A DNA stretch of 64,000 bases. Origin: Octopus vulgaris (Eukaryota). Each line of letters starts with the position of its first letter. Within the stretch, counting starts at the first letter, position 1. The notes under the pieces are model-generated. The model was not told the origin of the DNA. It saw only the letters and a list, made by a program, of their open reading frames with translations, and did no database searches. The stretch is taken from contig OX597837.1 of NCBI GenBank assembly GCA_951406725.2, positions 3,534,001-3,598,000 of the forward strand, given 5' to 3'. Below are positions 27,169 through 43,158 of the stretch, one piece after another. The position numbers were made by a program, and so were the translations under genes.

Positions 27169-27206
<38 letters not shown>

Positions 27207-28294
27207 ACATACATATATACGCAAAGGCTATATGTTTATTTTAAAGTGAAGTTGTAAATAAAACAATTTAAGATCTCGTTGAAGGATTACGAAATACTTT
27301 TTAGTTGAGTAGAGTAAACGTATTTTTTCTCTCACAAAGTATAAGTTGTCAGACAATTTGAATATAAAAGTTTGAACGCCGCCATCAGACTGGTGATATT
27401 TTCCTTGCAAAAAATTCATTCATTCATATATATGAAAAACGTCGTATAAGTATATATCATTTTTTTCTCTTTTCCCCTTTTTTCAGTCCTTTGATTGCAA
27501 CCATACTAGGGCACCGTCACGAAGCGTTTTACTAGAACAAATCGACCCAAGTACATACTTGTTAGTATTAGTAAATGTATTAATATTTAACAGTTTGATA
27601 TTATGTGAAGAGATAATTTGTAAGAGATTTTTTTGTGTTGGAAAAATCAATCCTAACCGTATGTGAATTGATAATAGAGTAATAGTTAGAATTCTTTGGA
27701 AAATTCCTAACAATAGCTTGACGAAATAGCTGTGGGAGATTAGATTTAATTTGTCTCCCGTACGGAACTATTAACCAAATATTTTTACTAGTATTTTTAG
27801 CGTAATTATACTAACATTAGCCCTCCAGAAATATTAATAACAAGTTTATTGCATCTGAAGTCAATTCCAACAGAATTAATTTATGTCAAGTAACTCTAAG
27901 ATTAAAAATTCTATATACCAGTGTATAATCAGTATTCATAATAAAGTACGATTTTACATTGGAAGCACATCGTTAGAGTTATCTAAAAGAATTTCTATCC
28001 ATTACTCAACATGGACAATGGACATGAGTTAGAATAAGAACAATAATAAACGAGTGAAGAACAAATATAGAGTGCGCGTGTATATTTGACCCAAAAAAAA
28101 AACAACATGGCTATCCCTAAATACAACAATGTAAACACACACACTTACATATATATATAATAATATAAATGATATATATGCACATTCACACATATATTAT
28201 TTACATTATTATTTGATTGAACGCCACGCATCCATTTCCAAGTAAGTTTATCTCTCTCTCCCGATCCCTCTCTCTGTGTGTCTCTCTTTTTCTT

Positions 28295-28373
<79 letters not shown>

Positions 28374-28517
28374 AGACCCCGTCTATCAATTCCACTCGAG
28401 CTTATAGCTGAAGACACTTGCCCAATGTTCACCTCAGTGGGACTGAACCCTGAAGCAAGCTTCTTTCTACACCGTGTCTACATCTATCTATCTATCCATC
28501 TATCTATCTATCTATCC

Positions 28518-28611
<94 letters not shown>

Positions 28612-28612
28612 A

Positions 28613-28713
<101 letters not shown>

Positions 28714-29310
28714 TTGTCTACTTTTCTATCTCTCCTCCTATTTATACATGAATGTATCTACATACTCACACACAGCACACATACATACATACAAATGTAT
28801 ATATATATATATATTTAAGATATTTACCCGCACGTACACACTGGCGTATGTCAAGCGGTATTAAGTGTACTTCTGTGTAAAAGTAATTCGTGCAAAACAC
28901 ACAAGTGACACACATTCGTAAGTTCTAAATTCGTCAGTGAGAAAGAAAATGAGACCATGTTTACGTGGAGGCGGAGGAGAAAAAGGCTTAGAGAAATACA
29001 TATAGAGATAGTGGGAGAAAGAGAGAGCGAAAGCGAAAGTGAGCGAGAGAGAGTATAAAGGAGAGCTACGTGGTGGCGTTGCGATGGAGAGGAAGTGAGC
29101 ATTTTCGTGATTTAAGCGTCGAACATTTTCACTTTTAATAATTGATAGAAAGCAGATTGGTTCACATTTGAAACTAATAGATAAGCGGCTTTTAGAATAT
29201 TTCTTGAAAGAATCACGTACAGGAAACAGTACGATGTATTTATATATATATTTTGAGCGAAACAAATATGTATGTATATGTGCATATGTATGTATATGTA
29301 TTTTCTCACG

Positions 29311-29346
<36 letters not shown>

Positions 29347-29891
29347 CAAACACAAACAGACACACATACACACATATACGTACAAAGACATACAGGCACT
29401 TTCATACTACCACCCATACAAACAAAAATTTATTTTCGTACTATATATCTCCACATATAAACACATACACATACGAGTACATACATACACACATATATTT
29501 ACATTCGTACAAACTTACATACATATATACATACAAATATATATATATATGTGCATGTATATATGTGTGTGTGCGTGCATATATACAGACACATATATAT
29601 ATATGCATATATATATATGTATATATATATATATGTATATCCATATACATAAATATATATATATATGTACATGTATACATGTATCTGTGCATGTATATAT
29701 ATATATGTATATATATATGTATATATATATATGCATACATGTATATATATGTATATATATGTATATATGTATATATATGTATATATATATGTATATATAT
29801 ATGTATATATATATATATGTATATATATATATGCATACATGTATATATATGTATATATATGTATACATGTATATATATGTATATATATATG

Positions 29892-29955
<64 letters not shown>

Positions 29956-29974
29956 TATACATATACATATACAT

Positions 29975-30012
<38 letters not shown>

Positions 30013-30261
30013 TTATATATATATATAGAGAGAGAGAAATGCACATATGTGTTGCATACACAAATGCCAGTATACATACATCCACAGATATATACATAAG
30101 CAGAAACATGTATACATATAAACGTACGTGCAAACGTATCTACATACGTCACGAGTGCAAACATACGTGCAAGCATGCACACACAGTCTCTTATATAAAA
30201 TAGACATCTCTCCCTCTTTCTACCTATCTATACATATATAATATATAATATATAATATATA

Positions 30262-30309
<48 letters not shown>

Positions 30310-30886
30310 ATTACATATACATAGGCACACATATATATATACACATACTTGTATACATGTCGCTCTATCTTTTTGTGTATGTATGAGTTTATATCTATAC
30401 ACGCAGTAATCACATATATAGACACATCTCAAGATATAAATACGACCCTACTCTACTTTTCCCCCCCTTTTTCTTTACGAAGCTTTCTCTCGATATTTTT
30501 CTATGCATTTGTTTCCGCTTATTTGAAAGAGAAAAGTCCACACGTCCATTATGAATGTATTTAAATCTTCAGGGTTCCAGCCGTCTTATTGATGTGGTTG
30601 GTGTTGGTACTGGTGTGTGTGTCTGTTGATGTTACTTTACAAAGTTTTTAACAGATTTTTAAATACTAAGAACGTGTGTGATGTGCCAGTACTGCGTCTT
30701 ACATCGTTTACAGTGACAATAAGTATAAATACTGATTTGATATACTTTTAGGAAAATAAAAAAAACTGTATGATAGAAATTTGTTGACAGAAGGTGGTGT
30801 AAATCATGCCTGAAAATTAAAAGCCTCACGCACACACGCACGTGGATTCACACATGTGTATGAGTATTTATGTTTACATTCATATA

Positions 30887-31338
30887 AGGTGGCGAGCTGG
30901 CAGAAACGTTAGCACGACGGGCGAAATGCGTAGCCGTATTTCGTCTGTCGATACTTTCCGAGTTCAAATTCCGCCGAGGTCGACTTTGCCTATCATCCTT
31001 TCGGGGTCAATAAATTAAGTACTAATGATGCAATCGACTTGTCCTCCTCCCCAAAATTTCAGGCCTTGTACCTATAGTAGAAAGGATTAATATTGTTATT
31101 ATTATAGGGCGGCAAACTGGCAGCATCGTTAGCACGCTGGACGAAATGCTTAGCGGTGTTTCGCCCGTCACTACGTTCTGAGTTCAAATTCCGCTGAGGT
31201 CGACATTGCGTTTCATCCTTTCGGAGTTGGTAAATTAAGTACCGGATACGCACTGGGGTCGATATAATCGACTTAATCCCTTTGTCTGTCCTTGTTTGTC
31301 CCCTCTGTGTTTAGCCCCTTGTAGGTAGTAAAGAAATA
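30887..31338 (+). mobile_element. Two tandem group B SINEs with different tails
   Basis: 30887-31105 tail CAGGCCTTGTACCTATAGTAGAAAGG(ATT)n; 31107-31338 tail GTCCTTGTTTGTCCCCTCTGTGTTTAGCCCC...AAAGAAATA. Confidence 0.85.
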
Positions 31339-31422
31339 TATATGTATACACTCATATTCATAAACACTCGGATATATATGTATATATACTCTTTTTACGC
31401 TCTTTTACTCTTTTACTTGTTT

Positions 31423-31621
31423 AATTCAGATTCAGATGAATATGGTACTTAAGTTGAGGTACCTGAATTTAGTATGGTATTATCCATACAATTTCAAAAT
31501 AAGGTGATTAAAATCAAAATAAGCAACAAGGATATCCAGAGGTAATGCAATACGATCTTTTCAAGTCGCATGAAACGATCGTACTGCATTACCTCTAGAT
31601 ATCCTTGTTGCTTATTTTGAT
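31423..31621 (-). mobile_element. Penelope-like terminal fragment with a fold-back (arms 31513-31563 and 31571-31621)
   Basis: homologous to 8484-8740; GAAACGATCGTA lies directly next to the 7-nt spacer. Confidence 0.65.
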
Positions 31622-31636
31622 ACACACACACACACT

Positions 31637-31761
<125 letters not shown>

Positions 31762-32461
31762 GTAAACATTTAAATTTAACACGTTTGTATACAACATAAG
31801 TTGGAAAGATGTTCGCTACGCTAACCGTCTCGGATGAGAAATTCCCTCATAGCATCGTGTGGGATAACATGCCGGATTAGGCCACGAATGATATAAGCGA
31901 CCCATAGGACACGAATTCCTTTGTCGTTACGCTTCATAGCCTACAAATATATCACCTGTACGTTAAGAATCACCATTCTTACATGCAAAAAGCAAATTTA
32001 TTTTTCACTCAAATAGACAGCTACTAGATTTCTCTTGAAAAGTTATCTTGCATATAAAAAATGAAATTGCTATTCAATGCGTTTACAGTTAACTTGTATC
32101 TAATTCGATATTAATAGCTGATTACATTATTTATTTGCCTAAGTAGCATAAATCCAATTCAAGCGAATTAATTTAAAACACTTGATTAAAGTAAGTCTGA
32201 GATATATACTTATCAGTGTATAGTTGATATTCATTAAATCTTTGTGCAAACTTCGGCGCTGAATAGCGCGAAGATATTGAAATAAATTTGGATTTACTTG
32301 CTTTAAGGAGAATTTAGAGAAAGAAGCGTCAATACCTAATGGCGTGTGGAGTATACTCTATTCCGAGTGCGTTATCAAAAGTTGCGTCAGTCTGGTCATA
32401 AAAAGGGATACCTCCCTTTCTTCCTTATCATTGTTATTCCATGTATAATAGGACAGAACCT

Positions 32462-32692
32462 ATTTCTTTACTACCCACAAGGGACTAAACACAGAGGGGA
32501 CAAACAAGGACAGACATAGGTATTAAGTTGATTACATCGACCCCCAGTGCGTAACTGGTACTTAATTTATCGACCCCGAAAGAATGAAAGGCAAAGTTGA
32601 CCTCGGCGGAATTTGAACTCAGAACGTAACGGCAGACGAAATACCGCTAAGCATTTCGCCCGGCGCGCTAACGTTTCTACCAGCTCGCCGCC
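32462..32692 (-). mobile_element. SINE group B with an 18-bp TSD
   Basis: TATAATAGGACAGAACCT at 32444-32461 and 32693-32710. Confidence 0.92.
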
Positions 32693-33069
32693 TATAATAG
32701 GACAGAACCTGATGGTACAGCAGCATGGCTTTTGCAAAGGGGAGCATATTGGCCCAACTTGAAAAGGTTTGTAAACGACGCATCGTTTAGACTTTGTGCT
32801 TGTTGTGCATTACGTGCATGAGACAATTAAAACCGTTGACCAGTTTCCAAATAAACTACAATTTGTTTAAGGCTGGCTTCCTTTTTTATTATAAAAAAGA
32901 ACCCGAAACAGAAACAGGAAACCGTCATTGATTTTGATGCATTATTCCTGCCAGAATTAGATAAGTATATAGCAGCACTTTTGTTACATCAGACATTGTA
33001 GCATCAGGATTTATTGTGATGTATTTTCATGCAAATTTGAAGGATTTTAATTAATTCTAGACCTTCGAA

Positions 33070-34195
33070 TTTCACAGTTCGCTTACTCAATTCAGACTTG
33101 CAAAGCCCCTCTTCTAAAATTCACTTGTCCGTGACGAAAAATACTCCACCAGTACTGTTCTGACCTCGTCCAATTTTTGCCGTCCGAATGATTTTGATTA
33201 CACAAAAATGATAATGAAATTCCCATTCAAACTGCTGCAGCCATTGGAATGTCATCTCGATGTATGTGGTCGAGCGTTATCCTGGTGGAAAAATACTTTT
33301 CGTCTTGAAACCAAAGGTTTTTCATTTTTCTTCTAGCGCTGACTTAAGCCGCTCAAGCTGCTCCCTGTAGATTTCCTTTGTTATCGTTTGGTTTGGGTTT
33401 AAAAGTTCAAAGTGGACTGAATCCTTCATATCCCACCAAACAGATAAAAGCAACGTACGTGGGTGGAGACCTTCTTTAGCTTGGGGTGCCCATGTTTCTG
33501 CTTTCCGTACTCACTGTCTTCGGGCTTGATATTTATATAGAGAACCTATTTCTCGTCACAAGTCACTATTCGCCCCCAAAAATGTTCATTCGTGACGCGT
33601 GACAGCATAGAAAAACACACATTCACTCCCTGCGCGCGATTAGAAAGTTTGTGAGGAACCCATTGACCCAATTTACTGGCTTTTCCGATGGCTCTCGGGT
33701 GTCGTTGAATGGTTGAATGACGAAATATCCGAGCTTCTCTGCTAGTTCCTTAACAGTTAAGATGGGATTTTGTTCCACAAGGGTTTGCAGGACGTCCTCG
33801 TCGAGTTCTACAGATCATTCAGGACGAGGCTCGTTTTCTAGGCTGCATCTTCTGACTCGAAATTTCTGGAACCACCGTTGACACTGGCTTACAATTATTG
33901 TCCGATCCCCATATAGTGCACTAATATTCCTCGCACTTTCCGTTGCCCTGTTGCCTTTATTGAACTCATAAAGGAAAATATACTGAATATGCTCCTTTGT
34001 TACTTCCATTATAGGTTTGAAAAAATAACTGTTAAAATCGAACTGCATTCTTCAAAACTTGCACTAAGAATAAGTACGAGTTAAAATTACTACCTGTTTG
34101 TATAGCAAGTTGATGCAGGTAGTTTATCTCAACTCTCTCCGACTTTTAGTTCATGCAATGGAAAAAAGTCGCATTATTTATGAGAAGAACCAATA
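33070..34195 (-). mobile_element. Decayed mariner transposon
   Basis: TIR-like TA-TTGGTTCTTCTCATAAATAATGCG at the right end; ATG at 34009 MEVTKEHIQYIFLYEFNKG...QRWFQKFR; WVPHKL and HQDNARPH motifs; stops, frameshifts and a deletion. Confidence 0.9.
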
Positions 34196-35155
34196 TATTG
34201 TCACACAAAGTGCTTCTTATTCTTCTCGACTAAACACATTTATCATATTTACAACGAGCCTGCTGATTTTGCTGACATGTATGTATGCATGCATTTATGA
34301 ACGCATTTATGTATGTGTGCATAAATATTTTGTATGTATGTATATATATATACACACACATATATATTTATAAATGGATACATCCATACATGCGTATGTA
34401 TATGTATGTATTGCTTTGTTATATATTTTAAAACGCTTAAGGTGATATAGATATTCAGTAGAATGTACAACGCTTCGTATAAAGCTAACTTAACCATTTT
34501 AAACTCTAAACACACAAAGTACTCCAAACATCTTTTTAATGGTTACATATAGAACAGTTTTTCTCTTCTCGTCACTTCTATGAACTCGATGATATATCAA
34601 TGTTATTTGAGTAATAAAAAGATGTGATATTCTCAAGTTAGCTATTCTTATTTAACATTGCAAGAATAAAAACGAACAAACAAAAAGTATTATTGATTAT
34701 GATAAATAACCATATTGGTATTGAAATATCGCTAATTTTATTTTTAATGTTTTGTTTTTGCTTCTATACAATAATGGAGAAAGCTGCTTATTAATTAGTA
34801 TGAATTATATAATTTTTACTCAAAGAAAGCATTTATTAAAGTGTCCATTGTTTATGCAATTCTTAAAAATCCCAATTTTAATATAAGTTTATCAAAATAT
34901 CGTTTCCAATAATCTTTTCAAGTAGAAGATTAATTTTAATTCACAGTCAGTCTTAACAATACGAAGCAGTAATTTTTAACGTCTCACATTATTTCTAGCT
35001 CTTCTTCCGATAGTTAAATCTTTTGCTGACATCTCCACTGCTACGGTTGTCGTATTCATGTGATGAACAGGAATAAAACAATATCATTTTCAATCTCTTT
35101 AGATCTTCAGTCGTGTGTTTATATAAGTTATTAATGCTGAACAGTACAGATATAT

Positions 35156-35568
35156 ACTCTCTCTTTACTCTTTTACTTGTTTCAGTCATATGACTGCGGC
35201 TATGCTGGAGCACTGCCTTTAGTCGAGCAAATCGACCCCGGGACTTATTCTTTGTAAGCCCAGTACTTATTCTATCGGTCTCTTTTGCCGAACCGCTAAG
35301 TGACGGGGACGTAAACACACCAGCATCGGTTGTCAAGCAATTCTAGGGGAACAAACACAGACGCACAAACATATACACACACCTACATACATATATATAC
35401 AAATATACGACGGGCTTCTTTCAGTTTCCGTCTACCAAATCCACTCACAAGGCATTGGTCGGCCCGGGGCTATAGCAGAAGACTCTTGCCCAAGATGCCA
35501 CGCAGAGGGACTGAACTCGGAACCATGTGGCTGGTTAGCAAGCTACTAACCACACAGCCACTCCTGCA
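35156..35568 (-). mobile_element. SINE group A
   Basis: reverse complement of the A consensus. Confidence 0.9.
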
Positions 35569-35619
35569 GGTCGACAGAAAATAGATAATTCATACACTCA
35601 TATATGCTAGATACAATTA

Positions 35620-35881
35620 TTGATGTAATGTTGAAAGCGCAGTCATGAAGCTGGCATAATTCTACCGTTAAGAATTTTGCTTTACTACCATCTTGTTCTG
35701 ATTTTCTCTCTCTTGCACAACAGCGACCTTTTGAGCAAGTGTTTACTTTCACGGCAGTTTCTGTAAATACCTTCTAACTGATAACCACTATTGGTCCTAG
35801 CACTGCAAGGTGAAAGACATTTAGAAACACCAACCTAAGATTTTTCCCTAGCTCACTTGGTCGTTGATTAGGCACCCCATT
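35620..35881 (-). pseudogene. Possible Tc1/Tc3-like transposase N-terminal remnant
   Basis: frameshifted pieces GKILG..., SVRRYLQ, GR..ARERK..DGSK..TVEL weakly resemble the Tc3 HTH region. Confidence 0.35.
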
Positions 35882-36097
35882 AAACCTATATAAAACGCAA
35901 GGATTCCTTCAGTTTTTTTCACTTGAAAATTGTGTTAAAGTCAGATGTTTACTCCTTGTCTTTCCCTCTTGTGTGAGATGAAACATTCTACCTCGTTTCT
36001 CCCCGCTGTCACTCGATGAGTGTTGCCATTTCCGTACCTTGTCGAAGGACTACCACATGTATGTGTGTGTGTGTATGTGTACGCGTATGTATATATA

Positions 36098-36129
<32 letters not shown>

Positions 36130-36326
36130 CATGACGCCATGATAGATCGTTAGCTCCTACACGCATTTGTTTTTCTCTCCTTGTTTTTTCTGTGTCCCTT
36201 TCTGTAGAATAGCGTAGGCTCGAAACGTAAAAGACTTTTTTCTATTCTTGAGCGCTATACTAATACATTTGTTTGTTTATACTCCACCTGCCTTCGTCTT
36301 TTGTTTATTTTCGTAAACGTTCCCCT
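36130..36326 (+). mobile_element. Penelope-like fragment (18495 family) with a variant HHR at 36198-36233
   Basis: cttt CTGTAGA A tagc-gtag-gctc GAAA cg TA aaag; lies between (TA)n tracts. Confidence 0.65.
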
Positions 36327-37219
<893 letters not shown>

Positions 37220-37364
37220 ACACATACACACAAACACACACACGTACACACACACATATATATATCATGTTTGTGGTTATAAACAAATATACAAATATGT
37301 GTGTTCTTTTGTTTATTTCCGTAAACCTGCCTTCGTCTTTTGTCTATTTTCATAAAGCTTCCCG

Positions 37365-37417
<53 letters not shown>

Positions 37418-37472
37418 CATATATACATATATATATACATATACATGCATACATACATATATATACACACAC

Positions 37473-37588
<116 letters not shown>

Positions 37589-38209
37589 AACATATATATA
37601 TATATGTATGTATGTATCTGGAACGTTGTCTCTGATGTGATTTGAACCCATTGCATATAGGCACATAGTCCCGAAAAGAATATTGGTAAACAATCGCAAC
37701 CAGTTGACGATGATATCTATTTTACATATCTTACAAAGTATTCGAACGATCTTTGGTTATAAAAAGCTGCAAATTTATAATTACAGTCTGAAAATGTGTG
37801 AGTTATGAAACATGTAAATAAATAAAATTACACAAGTACGTTGATTAATGACTTAATAGTAGAAACCTTATTATCTTTATTATTATTTTTAGTGACACTT
37901 TAAATAGAAAAACATAGAAGCTCTCTCCAAACTTTATGTAAAATATAATTGCCAAAAGAAAAACTGTACAATATATTGTTGTGAAAATATTACATTTATA
38001 ACCACAAACATGATATATATCATTATGCGAATAATTTATTATTTATCCAGTTTGTGCCATTGTAAACTTTAGTCAGTATTTTATTTGAATTTAAATTTCA
38101 AAATGATTTTGAATAAAAATGTGTTGAGTTGAATATAATGTATTGAGGTGATTGTGTTAAGGTGAATGAAACTGTTGAATAATTGATTTTTTCATTAAAT
38201 ATAATCTTG

Positions 38210-38487
38210 AGCAGACGTACGGCTTAATGATCGTAATGCTGAGAGTTCGATACACGGTTGTGCGTTGTGTTCTTGAGCGGGACACTCTATTTCACGTTGT
38301 TCCCGATCACTCAGCTGGCAAAAATGAGTAGGCGCTGGAGTGGCTGTGTGGTAAGTAGCTTGCTTACCAACCAGATAGTTCCGGGTTCAGTCCCACTGCG
38401 TGGCACCTTGGTCAAGCGTCTTCTACTATAGCCTCGGGTTGATCAAAGCCTTGTGAGTAGATTTGGTAGACGGAAACTGAAAAAGCC

Positions 38488-38541
<54 letters not shown>

Positions 38542-38735
38542 CGTGTGTCATTGCGTGTGTGTCCCCCATTGCTGGTGTATTTACGTTCCCGTAACTTAGC
38601 GGTTCGGCAAAAGAGAACGATAGAATAAGTACTAAGGCTTACAAAGAATAAGTCCTGGGGTCGATTTGCTGGGGTCAGTTTCTCGAGCTGGCTGTACCTT
38701 CGACTGGATCAACTGGAACAAGAATCGTCGTAACC
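38210..38735 (+). mobile_element. Old SINE D (tail iii remnant) interrupted by SINE A at 38330-38670
   Basis: D head to AAAATGAGTA; A copy; then GGATCAACTGGAAC..ATCGTCGTAACC, matching the end of tail iii. Confidence 0.75.
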
Positions 38736-38790
38736 TAAACCTTATTTTGCCATATACCTGGCACTCCACCGGTGCTACAGTATAGAGCGG

Positions 38791-39036
38791 CGAGCTGGTA
38801 GACAAGGCGGCGAGCTGGTAGAAACGTTAGCACGCCGGGCGAAATGCTTAGCGATATTTCGTCTGCTGCTACGTTCTGAGTTCAAATACTGCCGAGGTCG
38901 ACTTTGCCTTTCCTCCTTTAGGGATCGATAAATTAAGTACCAGTTACGCACTTGGGTCGATGTAATCGACTTAATCCGTTTGCCTGACCTTGTTTGTCCC
39001 CTCTATGTTTATCCCCTTGTGGGTAGTAAAGAAATA
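38791..39036 (+). mobile_element. SINE group B with a duplicated 5' end and a 12-bp TSD
   Basis: AGTATAGAGCGG at 38779-38790 and 39037-39048; GCGGCGAGCTGGTAGA occurs twice. Confidence 0.88.
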
Positions 39037-39332
39037 AGTATAGAGCGGTGTTACGGTATCGAGAAAAATAACCCACCCACCGGTTAACCACCTTGTTATT
39101 ACTTGTAACTTTACAACAAATACAGGTTCATATTATATTTACGTAGAGTTATCAGAAGAATGCTTGAGCGGAGCCATTAACTTATTGTCTTATGTATAAA
39201 GTCACACTCGTGTATAAGTGGAACCACGAATGTGGTTTTAAATCTAGGTGCAAGAGTTTTTTCATTTTATAGTTTTAGCTCTGTCCTATGTATAAATCGC
39301 AACCCAGGTTTTATTATTTAGAATGCGGTTAC

Positions 39333-39739
39333 ACTTTTACTCTTTTACGTATTTCAGTCATTTGACTGCAGCCATGCTGGAGAACCGCCCTTAGTCGAGC
39401 AAATCGACCCTTCTTTTTTGTAAGCGTAGTACTTATTCTAACGGTCTCTTTTGCCGAACCGCTAAGTTACGGGTACGTAAACACACCAGCATCGGTTGTC
39501 AAGCGATGTTGGGGGGACAAACACAGACAAACAAACATATACACACACATACATATATATATACATACATATATACGACGGGCTTCTTTCAGTTTCCGTC
39601 TACCAAATCCTCTCACAAGGCTTTGGTCAGCCCGAAGCTATAGTAGAAGACACTTGCCCAAGGTGCCACGCAGTGGGACTGAACGTAGAACCTTGTGGTT
39701 GTTAAGTAAGCTACTTACCACACAGCCATGCCTGAGCCT
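39333..39739 (-). mobile_element. SINE group A
   Basis: reverse complement of the A consensus. Confidence 0.9.
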
Positions 39740-40068
39740 GATTGTTGAGCAATGAATAAAATGGTCGTTGGGTAGAATTGGTAGATTCATAGAGAAAATG
39801 GTGGGAACAGACAGGTGGAGTTAGCAGCACAGCTGAGAAAATGTTTTGTTGTGTAACCTTATATTTCTTTAAATCCTGATTTCCGTTCCGGCCGAGAGAT
39901 GAACTTTATATATCGTTGTTCCGGTATTGGTAAAATAATAAACCAATCCTAATTGGTGAAAGTCTTATTCTAAATCTTCTGTGGATCTGTGGTTTTAGTC
40001 ACTTGCTTTCGGGATCAGTCCCACTATGTGGAACTTTGAGCAAGTGTCTTCTACTATCGACCCGGGTC

Positions 40069-40235
40069 CACTAGCGTAGCTAGAGTGTATGCTGCCCTGG
40101 TCGGCCCTTCCGTTTGCTGCCCCTGGACCCCCCGCGTAAAACACATATTGCTTACAGTAGACCCAAAAGTGGTGCATCTTTAAAAGTGCCGCCTGGGGTG
40201 GACCGCCCCCTATCGCCCCACTAGTCATGCTAGTG
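40069..40235. mobile_element. hAT-like MITE inserted in an old group A SINE head
   Basis: imperfect TIRs CACTAGCGTAGCTAG / CTAGTCATGCTAGTG; degenerate ~8-bp flanks cccgggtc / ccctgggt. Confidence 0.6.
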
Positions 40236-40584
40236 CCCTGGGTGACTAATGTCTTGCGAGTGAATTTGGCGGACAAAATTTCTGTGTTGAAGCCCCTTAT
40301 CTGCACACACACACACACATACACACACACACTCACACACACACACACAGACACAGACACACACACAGACACAGACACACACACGCAAACACACACACTC
40401 ACACACACACAGACGCAGACACACACACATACATACACACACACATACACACGCACACACACACACACACACTCACACACACAGACACATACACACACAT
40501 ACATACACACGCACACACACACACACACTCACACAGACACACACTCACACACACACACACAGACACACACACACGCGCGCACAC

Positions 40585-40787
40585 AAGGTGAGCTGGCAGA
40601 ATCATTAGAGAGCCGGGCAAAATGGTTCGTCCGTCTTTTTCGTTCTAGGTTCGAATGCCGTCGGGATCGACTTTGTCTTTATTCGTTTCGGGATCGATAA
40701 AAGATGTATCGATTGAACACTGGGGTCGATGTAATTGACTCATTCTCACCCACGAAACAGCCGGTGTTGTGCCAAAATTTGAAACCA

Positions 40788-40790
<3 letters not shown>
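40585..40790 (+). mobile_element. Diverged SINE group B
   Basis: GGTGAGCTGGCAGAATC... with tail GTGCCAAAATTTGAAACC. Confidence 0.75.
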
Positions 40791-40834
<44 letters not shown>

Positions 40835-40835
<1 letters not shown>

Positions 40836-41143
40836 GGGAGGCGCAATGGCCCAGTGGTTAGGGCAGCGGACTCGCGGTCGTAGGATCGCGGTTTCGATTC
40901 CCAGACCAGGCGTTGTGAGTGTTTATTGAGTGAAAACACTAAAAGCTCCACGAGGCTCCGGCAGGGGGTGGTGGTGAACCCTGCTGTACTCTTTCGCCAC
41001 CACTTTCTCTCACTCTTACTTCTGTTGGTCTGCTGGCTTAGCCAGCGGGGTGGCGTCATTTAAAAGGCTAAAACAATGCGAAACGCATTGTGACCAGCGA
41101 TGTGTAGCAACATCTGATAGCCTGGTCGGTCACAGTGATCACG

Positions 41144-41148
<5 letters not shown>
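40835..41148 (+). mobile_element. SINE group C, tail i
   Basis: full head and tail ending GGTCGGTCACAGTGATCACGGTGAT, inside (TA)n. Confidence 0.9.
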
Positions 41149-41227
<79 letters not shown>

Positions 41228-42460
41228 TGTATGTGTGTGCTTGCGCAGGCACATGTCTTTGTGTCTGTGTTTGCCGCACCGCCACCACTTGGCACCGGTG
41301 CTGATTTGTTTAGGTTCCTGTAACTTTGTTCTTCAGCCAAAGAAACCGAAACATTAAGTATCACAACTCAAAAATTAATTTTAAAAAAACGTACAGGGGC
41401 GTAAATTTCAACGAAAACCTTTCAAAATGGTGTCCAAATATGGTGAAAATCCTATGGTTGAAATATGTAAAAGAAAAAGAAAATCTTTCTTCGCCCTCCC
41501 CACGTAATAAATCGAAAAAATTGTCCGTATATTTGAAAGAGAAAAAAATAGATACATTACATATACAACATCGAATACTGAAACGAATAATTTCCCCTTG
41601 TAACAGAAAATATATTCCTCAGCAGTTTATCAAACACGCTCCGTTTAATGGCCATCTATTTGGATCAGCTTTAAAAAAAAAAACCCAAAACAAAGCAGAA
41701 CAAAAAAGAAAACATTTTCATTTCCCTTTTCTCATTTTTTTTTTTTTTACCTGACTTTAAAATTATTAGAAACATCATTTCCCCCAGTTTAACTTCGTTT
41801 AATTCCATTCACCTCGTTCATCTCTGAAAGTATGTAATTATTCCAAACAGAAAAAAAAAAAAATTGCTAGCATTACCCAAAACCTCATAGCTTATCTTAA
41901 CTAATATATGCTGCCAAGCGATATATTACCACTATAACACATAAACCACACGTGAATGAACCATTCCAGGGGAAAATTGCGCCTGGAGGGGATTATTTAT
42001 CTCTGCTGCCAATATATTTCTTTACTAGACTAAATAGGTTTCTTATGGTTTTATAACCTGCGTTTATTAGCATATACGTACAGCTACATGCGTTCAACAT
42101 TGATGTGCTCATATACTCCAACATGTAACAAATACACACGCAGTTACGCATTCATAACGACTGACACATACCTCACACAAATAAAAACATATACTACAAG
42201 CGCACAGCGTCGGATTTTACAAATGCTGTATGTATGTATGTATTTATGTATGTATGTATGTATGTATATATGTGTGTATGTGTGTATGTATGTATATATG
42301 TATGTATGTATATAGGTATGTATGTATATATGTATATATATATGTATGTATGCATGTATGTAAATATAACTGAACAGAATGTATGCATATAAAATGATTT
42401 TTTATGTATGTATGTATGATTGTATGTAGGTATATTACGCATGCATATATACACTTATAC

Positions 42461-42496
<36 letters not shown>

Positions 42497-42790
42497 GTAT
42501 ACGCATATACATACGTAACAAAGCAGATACATAAAAATATTTATATCTATCTATCTATCTATCTATCTATGTATCTATGTATGTATGTATGTATGTATGT
42601 ATGTATGTATGTATCTATCTATCTATCTATATATATATATCTATCTATCTATTTATCTGTCTATATGTATATACATAAGGCGTAGACGTTGCTGTATGGT
42701 AAGAATTTTGATTCCCAAACACATGGTTCTAGGTTCACTCCTACTGAGTGGCACCTTGCTTGGAAACTGAAAGAAGCTTGTCGTATATAT

Positions 42791-43096
42791 AATTTCTGCA
42801 ACCACATCACCACAAACATCTAGCCACCTAACTCCCCAGACTGCAACACCCTTGATTATCATGTGGGGTGCAGTTGAGTGAGAGACCATCAAAATTCGCT
42901 GTAACACCAAAGATAAACTGAAGGCAAGGATTATGGCAGCGTTCACCAACTTAAGCAAGAATACCCTCCAGAAGAATTGTAGGAGATTCCGAAGTCGTCT
43001 GAAAGCCAATGGTGATTTTATGGAATAATTTGACTCTTTAGTATTTCAAGATATTTTTATGTGATTTCGGTAAACATATATTAAAATGAGGTGTCA

Positions 43097-43100
<4 letters not shown>
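42791..43100 (+). mobile_element. maT/DD37D-like Tc1-mariner 3' fragment
   Basis: I*PPNSPDCNTLDY..WGAVE...LKARIMAAF...CRRFRSRLKANGDFME*. Confidence 0.75.

Positions 43101-43158
<58 letters not shown>

Noticed and set aside
29168-30203. Long ORFs of 200-316 aa rich in Y/I/C/V/H/T (also 25356-27257, 36255-37079, 63149-63792)
   Set aside because: They are stop-free translations of TA/TG/CA/TATC microsatellites, not proteins
33070-34195. Active or domesticated (SETMAR-like) transposase
   Set aside because: Multiple stops, frameshifts and a deletion; no SET domain is visible; the 48010-48740 copy has lost catalytic aspartates
40835-40910. tRNA genes at SINE heads (also 23121, 43385-43461, 57935-58009)
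   Set aside because: A and B boxes are present, but there is no proper acceptor stem or terminator and each continues into a SINE body
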